DNA from: a bacterium | GTDB lineage: Bacteria; UBA8248 | DNA: 64,000 bases | Assembly (NCBI GenBank): GCA_965261085.1 | Contig: OZ253442.1 | Location: 3,232,001 to 3,296,000 of the forward strand | Reading direction: 5' to 3' | Shown: positions 49,001-57,028 of the stretch, piece after piece | Layout of the letters: the number at the start of each line of letters is the position of its first letter | Numbering within the stretch: position 1 is the first letter of the stretch | Notes under the pieces: generated by a model | The model's database searches: none | What the model saw: the letters and a program-made list of their open reading frames with translations, nothing else | Told to the model about the DNA's origin: nothing | Position numbers and translations under genes: made by a program

Positions 49001-49843
49001 AACGGCGGGGGACCGGCCGGGGAGCGGGTGACCTCGCCCGGCTCGCCCGTGTGGGCGCGGCTCTCAGGAAGCCGGGGGTCGCATTCTCCCGATCGCTCCA
49101 CGGTGGGGCAGGATTACGACTTCGAACGCTTCACGGCGGAAGCCGGGATGGACGTGTCGCTCGGCGAGAGCTTTACAGGCTCGATATCGCTGATTCACGT
49201 CCGGGGTTCTGCGGAGGTCTCCTCCCCGTTCGGCGGGGGTGACATCGAGGCGGAGGGACTCGGCGTATCCATTGGGGCTTCCTGGCGGATCGAGGGCGGT
49301 TATTACGCGAACGGGAACCTCTCGCTGACGGACTACGACGTGGACGCCACCTCCGGCGACATCAACGTAGGAACCTTGAAGCGCGGCGCCTTCGCGCGCG
49401 GCACGCTCCTGAACCTCGAGGCGGGCAGGCGCATCAGGATGAGCGAGAAGCTGAACCTCACGCCCCGGGCGTGGATGACGCGCTCGGGGGTTTCTATCGA
49501 TACATTCACAGACTCCGTGGACGCGCGGGTATCCGCCGCCGAGACGGCGCGCTTCACGGGCGGCGTGGGTGCGGTCGCCGAGACTGCGCGGGCCATCGAG
49601 GGCGGCGTGCTCTCCCTGCGGGGTTCCCTGGACCTCGAGCAGAAACTCGACGACGCGGAGACGGCCGTCGACGTGTCGGGAACGAGGCTCGAATCGAAAT
49701 CCCAAAAGACCCGGCTCCTGCTGGGACTGGGCGGCGTCTACCGCAAGGGCCGCTTCTCGGTAAGCGGGGAAGTCTCGATGGGCGGTTTGGGTTCGGACGA
49801 TACGAAGTATGCCGGACAGGTGAGCTTCGGGATGAGGTTCTAG
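46061..49843 (+). CDS. Autotransporter with beta-helix-like passenger and Cys/Pro tandem-repeat linker
   Basis: AGGAGG RBS; extended signal peptide; repeated T.G..s.GI.g.h...GdI.I units; YAPRAAVYEALP linker; barrel ends GMRF. Confidence 0.87.
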   Translation: MQPREKFDTGVDAGRNDAARTNNGSTTDSGIRGPQKSDKGACGPPSASSPKAGLFARALACAVALALATMLAFGAGDASAAGVCRNTPETGERVECKKDSSSSDNIEIQLDGIDIDTTDGGGHGVHAEHQGDGHIDIGIDTDFAEGDRDTYSTIVTTASRNYGIYAHHLGDNSVVTSTFSATIGTQGNYAPAIYGRHEGSGLLRIRSLGDEITTTGAYSHGIYGHHFSTGDIEIDVSSDIEIRNTKSYGVFSTHHGTGDIRINLTDTVKTSAYTSSGGIYAVHCGFDSTDSSGCLLPALDTLSSGDIRINVNNFKFLPLNSSAAISGYSIEALHSGDGDIHIDARNGTFTLVGRSGDGITGRSRGTGNINIYAEEVTIHTNGDSSVGIFAVAESALGPQQVEITTQEVDVTTEGPRSHGIWGSNQTAGGVTLDVQGGTLTLNGRESHAVYSTVSAGNISDIDVQNATIIMGLGNNGGHGVQNDMGGIGDSNTDVRDTTIITKDDDSRGIVGRHRSTGDIDIEVRGGSIKTSGEYAYGIYGLHQGEGNVTLNMQDGNAVTTTGENGHGIVAYNFGTMDSRTMAITVGGRVDTSGAGAQGVRVGVVNTDGAPERVAALDDAEGYRKQTVTVNGSVMGEAVGVFLAGGGRVVIGPQGTVGAESGIAILASGDTPVEGGDPIKPKLLVDMTLDGRRVRDVFGDDWIINDEGETTIVVNEVMLHEGAKGVVPGAVAPNGAWNVRMRAEGVNVDYTMDPANWEMIVPTAGVVVDRDFSAADFTETQKPTMPPPMCPEGQVGTPPDCTTPPPPMCPEGQVGTPPDCTTPPPPMCPPGQVGTPPDCTTPPPPMCPEGQVGTPPDCTTPPPPMCPPGQVGTPPDCTTPPPHMCPPGQVGTPPDCTTPPPHMCPEGQIGTPPDCTTPPPHMCPPGQVGTPPDCTTPPPPMCPSGQVGTPPDCSAPPPEIFEEYAPRAAVYEALPGFLLKLNGGGPAGERVTSPGSPVWARLSGSRGSHSPDRSTVGQDYDFERFTAEAGMDVSLGESFTGSISLIHVRGSAEVSSPFGGGDIEAEGLGVSIGASWRIEGGYYANGNLSLTDYDVDATSGDINVGTLKRGAFARGTLLNLEAGRRIRMSEKLNLTPRAWMTRSGVSIDTFTDSVDARVSAAETARFTGGVGAVAETARAIEGGVLSLRGSLDLEQKLDDAETAVDVSGTRLESKSQKTRLLLGLGGVYRKGRFSVSGEVSMGGLGSDDTKYAGQVSFGMRF
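48407..48919 (+). repeat. 9 x 57-bp coding tandem repeat (TPPPPMCPEGQVGTPPDCT)
   Basis: ATGTG...GGACAAGTCGGGACGCCTCCAGACTGCACC recurs every 57 bp. Confidence 0.95.
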
Positions 49844-49942
49844 GGGTTGATCGGGATCCGGGGAGGTTATCCGGGCGGAAGAGGAACGGGGAAGCGCCTG
49901 CTGAATGTCACGGACCGGAACCGGTTGCAAGAAGCACGCCCC

Positions 49943-50060
49943 ATGACGGACGACACCAGGACGGGCGGTGAGGGAACCGGCGCATTCGACGGCGGCGAAG
50001 GAGACGTCATCATGGAATCGGGAGGCGACGATACGCTCACCGGCGGGAGCGGCGCGGGGC
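49943..50060 (+). pseudogene. Degenerate RTX nonapeptide-repeat fragment
   Basis: DDTRTGGEG..FDGGEGD...SGGDDTLTGGSGA. Confidence 0.55.
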
Positions 50061-50203
50061 TCCCTTCTACGAGGGCCAGGCCGCCCGGTCCGTGATCACC
50101 CTCGTGGAGATCGTGGTCCTCGAAGTCGTGGAGGTGGGAGTAGCGGCTGGTCATTTGCGCATATGCGCGATCACATACGGTTCAATTCAGAAAGGAACGC
50201 AAA

Positions 50204-50482
50204 ATGAGGAAATCGGATATCGCGGCCCACGTTGCAGACCGGGTCTCCCTGTCGAAGGCGCAGGCGGAGGGCGCGGTGAATGCGCTTATCGAGGCTATCA
50301 GGGGCGCTCTCGCGAACGGGGAGAAGGTCTCCCTGGCGGGGTTCGGCACGTTCTCGACGAGGAGCCGGTCGGCGCGGAGGGGACGAAACCCCCGAACGGG
50401 GGAGAGCATCGCCATCGCCGCCACTAAGACGCCGTCCTTCAAGGCCGGCAAGGCCCTGCGGGACACGGTGCGCTTTGATTAG
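50204..50482 (+). CDS. hup: HU family DNA-binding protein
   Basis: V.LAGFGTF..R.R.AR.GRNPRTGESI.I.A.KTP.FKAGKALRD.V. Confidence 0.92.
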   Translation: MRKSDIAAHVADRVSLSKAQAEGAVNALIEAIRGALANGEKVSLAGFGTFSTRSRSARRGRNPRTGESIAIAATKTPSFKAGKALRDTVRFD

Positions 50483-50492
50483 GTCAGGTGAT

Positions 50493-50565
50493 GCATAACA
50501 AGGTGCTTCAGCCGACGGACAATCCGCTGCGCGGCTTGTCCGTCGGCTGAACTTCGTCATTCCAG
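50493..50565 (+). mobile_element. Integron attC-like site (degenerate)
   Basis: GCATAAC-AAGGTGCTTCAGCCGACGGACAA...TTGTCCGTCGGCTGAACTTCGTC-ATT; 16-bp stem; R'' box ends TAAC, R' GTT appears as ATT. Confidence 0.7.
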
Positions 50566-50576
50566 GTCACTCTAGC

Positions 50577-51119
50577 GTGCGAGATGAGCTTAAGAAACTG
50601 ACTGAGAAAGATTATTGGGTCTATGGGCTTTCTCAAGATGACTTTGATTACACGGTTCGAATTTCCACAACTCTAATTCAAAACAATCAAAAAGAACTTC
50701 AGGCGGAGATCGAGAAAGTAAAATTTGATTATCCTGAGGAAGATATTTGGTGTGAAATCCAGTCGGACCTTGCACATTACGCGTGGGTGGATGAGCAGTA
50801 TCTTTGGCAGTTCTGTTTATGGCGTTTACAAGGCATTTTCGAAGGTTTGATTGTTCATTCATTTCTGCCGGAGCCACCCAGAAAGAAGCTTATAGGCATG
50901 AAAGCCAAGCTCCGAGCGGCAAAGGAAGTTGGTTTTCACCTAGAACCCGAAGAAAATGAAGAGCTATTACTTTGGGTGGAGCTGCGGAATGCGATTTCAC
51001 ACGCACCACCGGAACAGTATCGGCCAGCACCCATAACCAGGGAAGATATCGATGAGTATGTAAATCTTCTTAAATCTATTTGTGAGAGGTGGAAGGCATT
51101 TAAAGGTGACATACAATAA
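50577..51119 (+). CDS. Hypothetical protein, probable integron gene cassette
   Basis: AT-rich promoterless ORF right after attC; LRNAISH (RxxxxH, HEPN-like motif); stop codon runs into a second attC-like start. Confidence 0.72.
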   Translation: MRDELKKLTEKDYWVYGLSQDDFDYTVRISTTLIQNNQKELQAEIEKVKFDYPEEDIWCEIQSDLAHYAWVDEQYLWQFCLWRLQGIFEGLIVHSFLPEPPRKKLIGMKAKLRAAKEVGFHLEPEENEELLLWVELRNAISHAPPEQYRPAPITREDIDEYVNLLKSICERWKAFKGDIQ

Positions 51120-51153
51120 GACGCTGTTGGCGGACAAATTTTCCGTAGTGCGC
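51111..51153 (+). mobile_element. Truncated second attC-like site
   Basis: ACAATAAGACGCTGTTGGCGGACAAATTTTCCG resembles an attC left arm (AACAAG.CGCTG...CGGAC); right arm missing. Confidence 0.45.
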
Positions 51154-51157
51154 CGAT

Positions 51158-51550
51158 GTGAACAATGCGGCACACGAGGAGTGGGTCGACCGGATTCAGT
51201 GTCGCCGGCGGGTTTACGTTACGATCAACGAGGACGACGATGCTCTATCTCTTTCACGCGCCAAGTTTGGTGACAAGCAGCGTGCTCGGCTGGGGCATTT
51301 CGCGCACAACCTTAACTCCCGCCAAGCAGTGCACCTCGACTTCACCGATGCGCCGGATGTCGGCGATAGCCATGCATACTTTGAAGGAGAGCCAATCAAA
51401 CGCAACGAGCTGGTCAAGCGCGTGTTCGACCGAATGACCAACGGTCAAGCGGCGGAATACGGGCTAGTCTACGACACCCACAGCCGAACCTATCGTTTGG
51501 CCAATACCGACTCACCGCGTCGGCCGCGGAGAAATCCCACCTCAACCTGA
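51158..51550 (+). pseudogene. C-terminal fragment of an alpha/beta hydrolase-like protein (DUF900-like)
   Basis: VYVTINEDDDALSLSR...RARLGH...DFT...SHAYF; no N-terminus. Confidence 0.45.
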
Positions 51551-51771
51551 ATTAGATTTCGCAAATCGAGTGTCTCGATAAAAAAATGTAAATTTTATTC
51601 TTTGGAGAGGACGCCTTCGCATCGCGGCGCAGGGGAATTCTGCCATGGCCCGCGCCTCCTGCGATGACGGCGAATGCGCGGATTTGCGGGGAGTTGCGGG
51701 GGTGATTTTCCCCTGTGCGAGCGCGTTTTGCCAGAATGCGCGCCGGCGATGCACTCGATGTCGAAGCGCTG

Positions 51772-51881
51772 CTGATCCCGATGCCAGCCAGGTCCCGGTC
51801 CCTGAATACGGTGTCCTTCACTTTAACTCCGATCGCGTCGACGACGCGCTCGATACGCTTGAGTTCGCTTCTTTTCGACAT
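51772..51881 (-). pseudogene. Second tyrosine-integrase N-terminal relic
   Basis: MSKRSELKRIERVVDAIGVKVKDTVFRDRDLAGIG parallels the relic at 41354. Confidence 0.65.
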
Positions 51882-52049
51882 GACTACTGCCAGTGATGAA
51901 AACAGCGAAGTGGATGAACAAACAGAAGCCTTGAGACTACACGTCGGCACGGATGCCTATAAATTCCTAGGCACGTATAGAGAGGCGACCGACGTCATGG
52001 AGTGGGCTGGGAAGGCGATATCGTGACCAGTTGCGGCAGTACGCCAACC

Positions 52050-52262
52050 ACCTGCGGCGGAAACGACGATGACAGGATCGAGAGACTTCTTCGGGATGCA
52101 GGCGACAATATGATTTCAGGGAACGAGGTAACCGACCTCACCGTCACGCAGGGTGACGCCAACGTGGTGATCGACCTTTCCGCCCAGGGCGGAGTCTCAC
52201 GCTCATGCTCGAGAACTTCACCCCCTCCGACCTGGACGCGGAGAATTTTATATTCCACGAAG
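52050..52262 (+). pseudogene. Degraded RTX-protein fragment
   Basis: GGNDDDRI...DAGDNMISG...LTVTQGDANVVIDLSAQGG; frameshifted continuation LENFTPSDLDAENFIF. Confidence 0.6.
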
Positions 52263-52330
52263 CGCCTGCTACGCAGGGAATATGGACGGGATGAAGAAGT
52301 CCAAGAAACGTCGAACCCGCAGCAACCATA

Positions 52331-52365
52331 AAAACCCCGCCGTCTCACCGGGAGGGCGGGGTTTT
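52331..52365. terminator. Bidirectional intrinsic terminator
   Basis: AAAACCCCGCC-13 nt-GGCGGGGTTTT between convergent RTX sequences. Confidence 0.7.
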
Positions 52366-52515
52366 GTATCTCGGGATCATAAGAGGTAAGACCGAGCCGG
52401 AAACTGGTGAAAACGCTCAACACCGCGCCCGGCGCCACGACCCTTCGCAACGTCTTGAAAGACGTGGGGCCATATTACCCCTTGCATCAGCCTTTTTTGC
52501 AGGTGCGGATGCGCT

Positions 52516-53388
52516 TCAGATGCCTTCGACCCCGCCGTCGTCCACGGACGTCGTTTCGGAGAAGATGAAATCCGTCTCGTCCAGGTCGTTCACGTCGACG
52601 TTGCTGAGCCTGATCTGACCCCCGCCGTATGCGCTTAAGTCGATGACGGCGTCCGTCCCCTGGGCGGTGATAGCGAGATCCTCGAAACCGGCAATGCCCG
52701 AGATCGCCGTGAGGTCGATCATGTCTTCCCCGTCGGCGAAATCCTTGATCGTGTCCGCGCCGTGGTCGGGGGTGAACACGAAGGTGTCCGCGCCCGCGTC
52801 GCCCGTGAGCGTATCGTCGCCCGCACCGCCCGAGATCGTGTCGTCGCCCGACCAGCCGTAGAGCGTGTCGTCGCCCGCGCCGCCCTCGACGGCATCGTCG
52901 CCCTCGCCGCCAACTATCGTGTCGTCGCCCGACCAGCCGTAGAGCGTGTCGTCGCCCGCGCCGCCCTCGATCGTGTCGTCGCCCGCGCCGCCCTCGACGG
53001 CATCGTCGCCCGCGCCGCCGTAGAGCTTGTCGTCGCCCTCGCCGCCGATTAGCCTGTCGTCACCCTCGCCGCCAACTATCGTGTCGTCACCCTCGCCGCC
53101 GTAGAACGAGTCATTCCCCGCGCCGCCATCGAGCGTGTCGTTGCCCGCGTCGCCGAAGATCAGGTCGTCGCCCTCGCCGCCGTAGAGCGTGTCGTCACCG
53201 GTGCCGCCCTCGATCGTGTCGTCACCCTCGCCGCCCTCGATCGTGTCGTCACCCTCGGCGCCATAGAGCGTGTCGTCACCCGCGCCGCCGTAGAGCGTGT
53301 CGTCGCCCCCGCTACCGTAGAGCGTGTCGTCTCCCTCGCCGCCCGTGAGCGTGTCGTCGCCCCTACCGCCGTAGAATTCGTTTGGCAT
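52516..53388 (-). CDS. RTX calcium-binding repeat protein (probable type I secretion substrate)
   Basis: About 22 GGxGDDxLx nonapeptides, GADTFVF, C-terminal domain ending DDGGVEGI; AGGGG RBS; no signal peptide. Confidence 0.9.
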   Translation of the reverse strand: MPNEFYGGRGDDTLTGGEGDDTLYGSGGDDTLYGGAGDDTLYGAEGDDTIEGGEGDDTIEGGTGDDTLYGGEGDDLIFGDAGNDTLDGGAGNDSFYGGEGDDTIVGGEGDDRLIGGEGDDKLYGGAGDDAVEGGAGDDTIEGGAGDDTLYGWSGDDTIVGGEGDDAVEGGAGDDTLYGWSGDDTISGGAGDDTLTGDAGADTFVFTPDHGADTIKDFADGEDMIDLTAISGIAGFEDLAITAQGTDAVIDLSAYGGGQIRLSNVDVNDLDETDFIFSETTSVDDGGVEGI

Positions 53389-53456
53389 GTCGTTTCCCCT
53401 TTACCGGATAGATTTTCGACCGATTCTCATACACTATACCTATTCATCCCATCGTC

Positions 53457-55022
53457 TCAGATGCCTTCGACCCCGCCGTCGTCCACCGTCGTTTCCTGGA
53501 AGATGAAATCACTGGCATCGAGATCCGCCATGTCGAAGTTCTCCAGGGTGATCGTTCCGCCGCCGTGGGTGATCACGGCATTGCCGCCATCGGCGGTGAT
53601 GGCCAGATCATCGAAGCCGGAAATGCCCGAGATCGCCGTGAGGTCGATCATGTCTTCCCCGTCGGTGAAATCCTTGATCGTGTCCGCGCCGTGGTCGGGG
53701 GTGAACACGAAGGTGTCCGCGCCCGCGCCGCCAAATAAGGTATCGTCGCCCGCGCCGCCATCGAGCGTGTCGTCGCCCGCCCAGCCGTGGAGCGTGTCGT
53801 CGCCCGCGCGGCCCGTGAGCGTATCGTCGCCCGCGTCGCCGCCATCGCCGCCGCCATAGATGATGTCGTCGCCCAATCTGCCTGTCACCGAATCGTCGCC
53901 CTCGGTGCCTTCATATCTCCCGCCAGTGAAAAACCTGAAATCATCCGCACTCAGTTCCGTAACCTGGACACCCTCCAGCCGGATGGTGCCGCCGCCGAAG
54001 GCGCTCAAGTCGATGACGGCGTCATTTCCATCGGCGGTGATGGGCAGATCATCAATACTCATCACGTTCTTGACATTGGAAAAATCGATTACGTCGCCGC
54101 TGGAGAAGTCCGTGATCGTGTCGTCGCCGTGGCCTTCGAAGGGCACGAACACGTCGCCGGTATCGGCGAACACGAACGTGTCCGCTCCATCTCCGCCCGT
54201 TAGCGTATCGTCGCCCTCTCCGCCCGTTAGCGTATCGTCGCCCTCTCCGCCCGTTAGCGTATCGTCGCCCTCGTCGCCATAGATGGTGTCGTCGCCCGCG
54301 CCGCCATCGAGCGCATCGTCGCCCTCACCGCCTCTTAGAGTGTCGTTGCCCGCGCCGCCGGAGATGGTGTCGTCGCCCGCGATGCCATAGAGCGTATCGT
54401 CGCCCTCGCCGCCATAGAGCGTATCGTCGCCCGCGTCGCCAACCAAGGTGTCGTCGCCCGCGCCGCCATCGATGGTGTCGTCGCCCGCGTTGCCATAGAG
54501 CCTGTCGTTGCCCTCGCCGCCATCGAGTGTATCGTCGCCCTCACCGCCGTAGATCCAGTCGTTGCCCGCGCCGCCATCGATGGTGTCGTCGCCCGCGCCG
54601 CCACTTAGGGTGTCGCCGCCCTCGCCGCCATAGATGGTGTCGTCGCCCGCTTCGCTATAGATGGTGTCGCCGCCCGCGTCGCCGGAGATGGTGTCGTCGC
54701 CCGCGCCGGCGGAGATGGTGTCGCCGCCCTCGCCGCCGGAGATGGTGTCGTCGCCCGCGCCGCCATAGATCATATCGTTGCCCGCGCCGCCATAGAGTGT
54801 ATCGTCGCCCTTGCCGCCACTTAGTTTGTCGCCGTCCGCGTCGCCAGAGAGTGTGTCGTCGCCCGCGCCGCCATAGAGTGTATCGTCGCCCGCGTTGCCT
54901 CTTAGAGTGTCTTTGCCCGCGCCGCCATAGAGTGTATCGTCGCCCTCGCCGCCATAGAGCTTGTCTTTGCCCTTGCCGCCAGAGATACTGTCGTCGCCGT
55001 CGCCGCCGTATTGTGTTGGCAT
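53457..55022 (-). CDS. RTX calcium-binding repeat protein (probable type I secretion substrate)
   Basis: Two blocks of GGxGDD nonapeptides, each followed by a GADTFVF...IDLS.. domain; ends DDGGVEGI; same 5' flank AGGGGAAACGACATGCC as the 53388 gene. Confidence 0.9.
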   Translation of the reverse strand: MPTQYGGDGDDSISGGKGKDKLYGGEGDDTLYGGAGKDTLRGNAGDDTLYGGAGDDTLSGDADGDKLSGGKGDDTLYGGAGNDMIYGGAGDDTISGGEGGDTISAGAGDDTISGDAGGDTIYSEAGDDTIYGGEGGDTLSGGAGDDTIDGGAGNDWIYGGEGDDTLDGGEGNDRLYGNAGDDTIDGGAGDDTLVGDAGDDTLYGGEGDDTLYGIAGDDTISGGAGNDTLRGGEGDDALDGGAGDDTIYGDEGDDTLTGGEGDDTLTGGEGDDTLTGGDGADTFVFADTGDVFVPFEGHGDDTITDFSSGDVIDFSNVKNVMSIDDLPITADGNDAVIDLSAFGGGTIRLEGVQVTELSADDFRFFTGGRYEGTEGDDSVTGRLGDDIIYGGGDGGDAGDDTLTGRAGDDTLHGWAGDDTLDGGAGDDTLFGGAGADTFVFTPDHGADTIKDFTDGEDMIDLTAISGISGFDDLAITADGGNAVITHGGGTITLENFDMADLDASDFIFQETTVDDGGVEGI

Positions 55023-55058
55023 GTCGTTTCCCCTGTATTTAAGAAATTTTCTTCACCC

Positions 55059-55387
55059 GCAACGAAAACTCCCCGTGCACCACCCATAGTTGCTCTACGG
55101 AGCACTGTAAATTATCACACCCATTAAAGCACAAAATGTGTGAACTTAGTGTGAACATTTGCGACAATTACGTGTTTTTATCATGTTATTTTGGATAAAT
55201 CCCCCTGTGGGGCCGCAACCGCGCCGTGGACAGGGCGCTCCGAAACGATCCGCTGACGGTGGAACGCCGTCAGGCTCATTCTCTCGGAATATGACCGCGT
55301 CGGCGCCGAGCCCGATACCCTCGTCTTGCATGGCCACTGTATCGACTTCACCCTGAGTAGCCGCCGAAGGTCAAACGCGACTGAAAA
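55059..55387 (-). promoter_or_regulatory. Conserved expression cassette copy C (distal tail continues at 56910-57012 beyond the IS)
   Basis: GATAAT (minus) 55111-55116; perfect direct repeat TGTGAAC-ttag-TGTGAAC 55139-55156; colinear with 60383-60797 once the IS is removed. Confidence 0.78.
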
Positions 55388-56909
55388 GGGGTTGTTGAAA
55401 AACCCCTGACTCTATGCTTGGATGTATGGATATTACGCGCCCGAGAAGGGAATATCCGCGATGTTGGGACGCAAGAACCGCGCCCAGATGGATTTGTTCA
55501 TCACCGGTTCGCTGGAGAGGTTGATTCCCGAGGATCACATATTGGCCCGCGTGAACCGCGTTCTGGACCTGAGTTGGCTGCGCGAGGAAGTGGCGGATTG
55601 TTATTGCGCGGACAACGGCCGTCCTGGGATCGACCCCGAAGTGGCGGTTCGGTTGATGTTGGCGGGCCTTCTGCTGGGGTTCGTGCACGACCGTCGGTTG
55701 ATGCGCGAGGCGCAGGTGAACATCGCGATCCGGTGGTTCATCGGTTACGGGCTGGAGGATCGGCTGCCGGATCATTCGAGCCTGACGCGGATACGGCAGC
55801 GCTGGGGGGAGGCCCGGTTCCGGGAGATATTCCGCCGCACGGTCCGTGCGTGCCTGGATGCGAAGGTGGCCAAGGCCGAAGTCGTGCACGTGGACGCCTC
55901 ATTGATCCGCGCGGACGTGAGTTGGGAGAGTCTGGTGGAGCGTCACGTGGACGAGGTGATAGCGGAGAACCCCGTCGAGGAGGAGGCCGGGAAGAAGGGT
56001 GGAGGAGGCCGCCGTGGCGGGGGTTCCGGGAAGGTGAGCCGGACGGACCCGGACGCGCGGCTGGCGAGAACGGGCGGGGGATTCGAGCCGAGCTACAAGC
56101 AGCACGCTGTGGTGGACGACACGCGCGGGGTGGTGCTCGACGTATCGGTGACGGAGGGTACGGTGAACGAGCGTGAGGTGCTCGAATCGCAGGTGGAAGC
56201 GGTATGCGAGGTATCGGGGCGCGCGCCCGCGATGGTGACGGCGGACTCTGGCTACGCCTACTCGAAGGTCTACGCGGCCCTGGAGCGCCGGGGTGTGGCC
56301 GCGCTCATTCCGGCGAAGAGGGAACCCTCGCAGAGCCGTGTTCCGTTGCGCCTGTTCCGCTACGACGCGCGGCACGACATCGTGAAGTGTCCGCGCGGCA
56401 AGATACTGAGCCCCCGTCGGCCCGCAAAGGGGGGGCGTTATTATCGTTCGAAGACCCGTGATTGCGCGGGCTGCGCGCTTCGCGAGGATTGCCTGCCGAA
56501 GGCGTGGTCGAGCAAGGTGGTGTTGGTTCCGCATGCGTATCCGGCGCTGTTGCGCGCGCGCCGGCGCCATGCGCGATGGAGGGAGGAGGAGCGGCGGATG
56601 TACCGGCGTCATATGTGGCGCTCGGAGGGCTACCACGGCGAGGCGAAGACCTGGCACGGGCTTGCGCGCGCGGTGCGGCGCGGTCTTGAGAACATGAAGA
56701 TACAGTCCTACCTGACGGCGGCGGCGATCAACCTCAAGCGGCTCTCCGCCGCACTTGCTGCAAGGTTATTCGCCCTCTGGAGGGCCTGGTCGGCCCGGGA
56801 AGAGCCTCTGTGCGTCCATCGCGGCCTCGCAAGCTGCGCGGGCTTCCTGTCCGCCGCCGCGTGACCCTCCATACCGCCCGCTCCCGAAACCGGGTTATTC
56901 AACAACCCC
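55388..56909 (+). mobile_element. Complete IS1182-family insertion sequence
   Basis: 18-bp TIRs GGGGTTGTTGAAAAACCC (55388-55405) and GGGTTATTCAACAACCCC (56892-56909), 17/18 match; 5-bp target duplication GAAAA on both sides. Confidence 0.92.
55461..56864 (+). CDS. IS1182-family DDE transposase
   Basis: LIPEDH, GRPGIDP, PDHSSLTRIRQRWG, HVDASLI, SRTDPDA, TADSGY, CPRG, C..C.LR..C, E..HGEAKTWHGL. Confidence 0.92.
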   Translation: MLGRKNRAQMDLFITGSLERLIPEDHILARVNRVLDLSWLREEVADCYCADNGRPGIDPEVAVRLMLAGLLLGFVHDRRLMREAQVNIAIRWFIGYGLEDRLPDHSSLTRIRQRWGEARFREIFRRTVRACLDAKVAKAEVVHVDASLIRADVSWESLVERHVDEVIAENPVEEEAGKKGGGGRRGGGSGKVSRTDPDARLARTGGGFEPSYKQHAVVDDTRGVVLDVSVTEGTVNEREVLESQVEAVCEVSGRAPAMVTADSGYAYSKVYAALERRGVAALIPAKREPSQSRVPLRLFRYDARHDIVKCPRGKILSPRRPAKGGRYYRSKTRDCAGCALREDCLPKAWSSKVVLVPHAYPALLRARRRHARWREEERRMYRRHMWRSEGYHGEAKTWHGLARAVRRGLENMKIQSYLTAAAINLKRLSAALAARLFALWRAWSAREEPLCVHRGLASCAGFLSAAA

Positions 56910-57028
56910 GAAAAAGGAGCGTTTGTATCGAAGGGCGCTCCCTTTCGATGCGCCCCGGCGCTCCCTCGATACGGCGCGCGAGCGCGCCTACTCGGGATGA
57001 GGGAGGAGTGTTGTCGCCGCCGCGCACG

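Noticed and set aside
55142-55156. Alphaproteobacterial LexA box (GAAC-N7-GAAC) or CRP site in the cassette
   Set aside because: GAAC-N7-GAAC is perfect only in copy C (GAGC/GAGT/GGAT in the others), and TGTGA is not followed by a palindromic TCACA.
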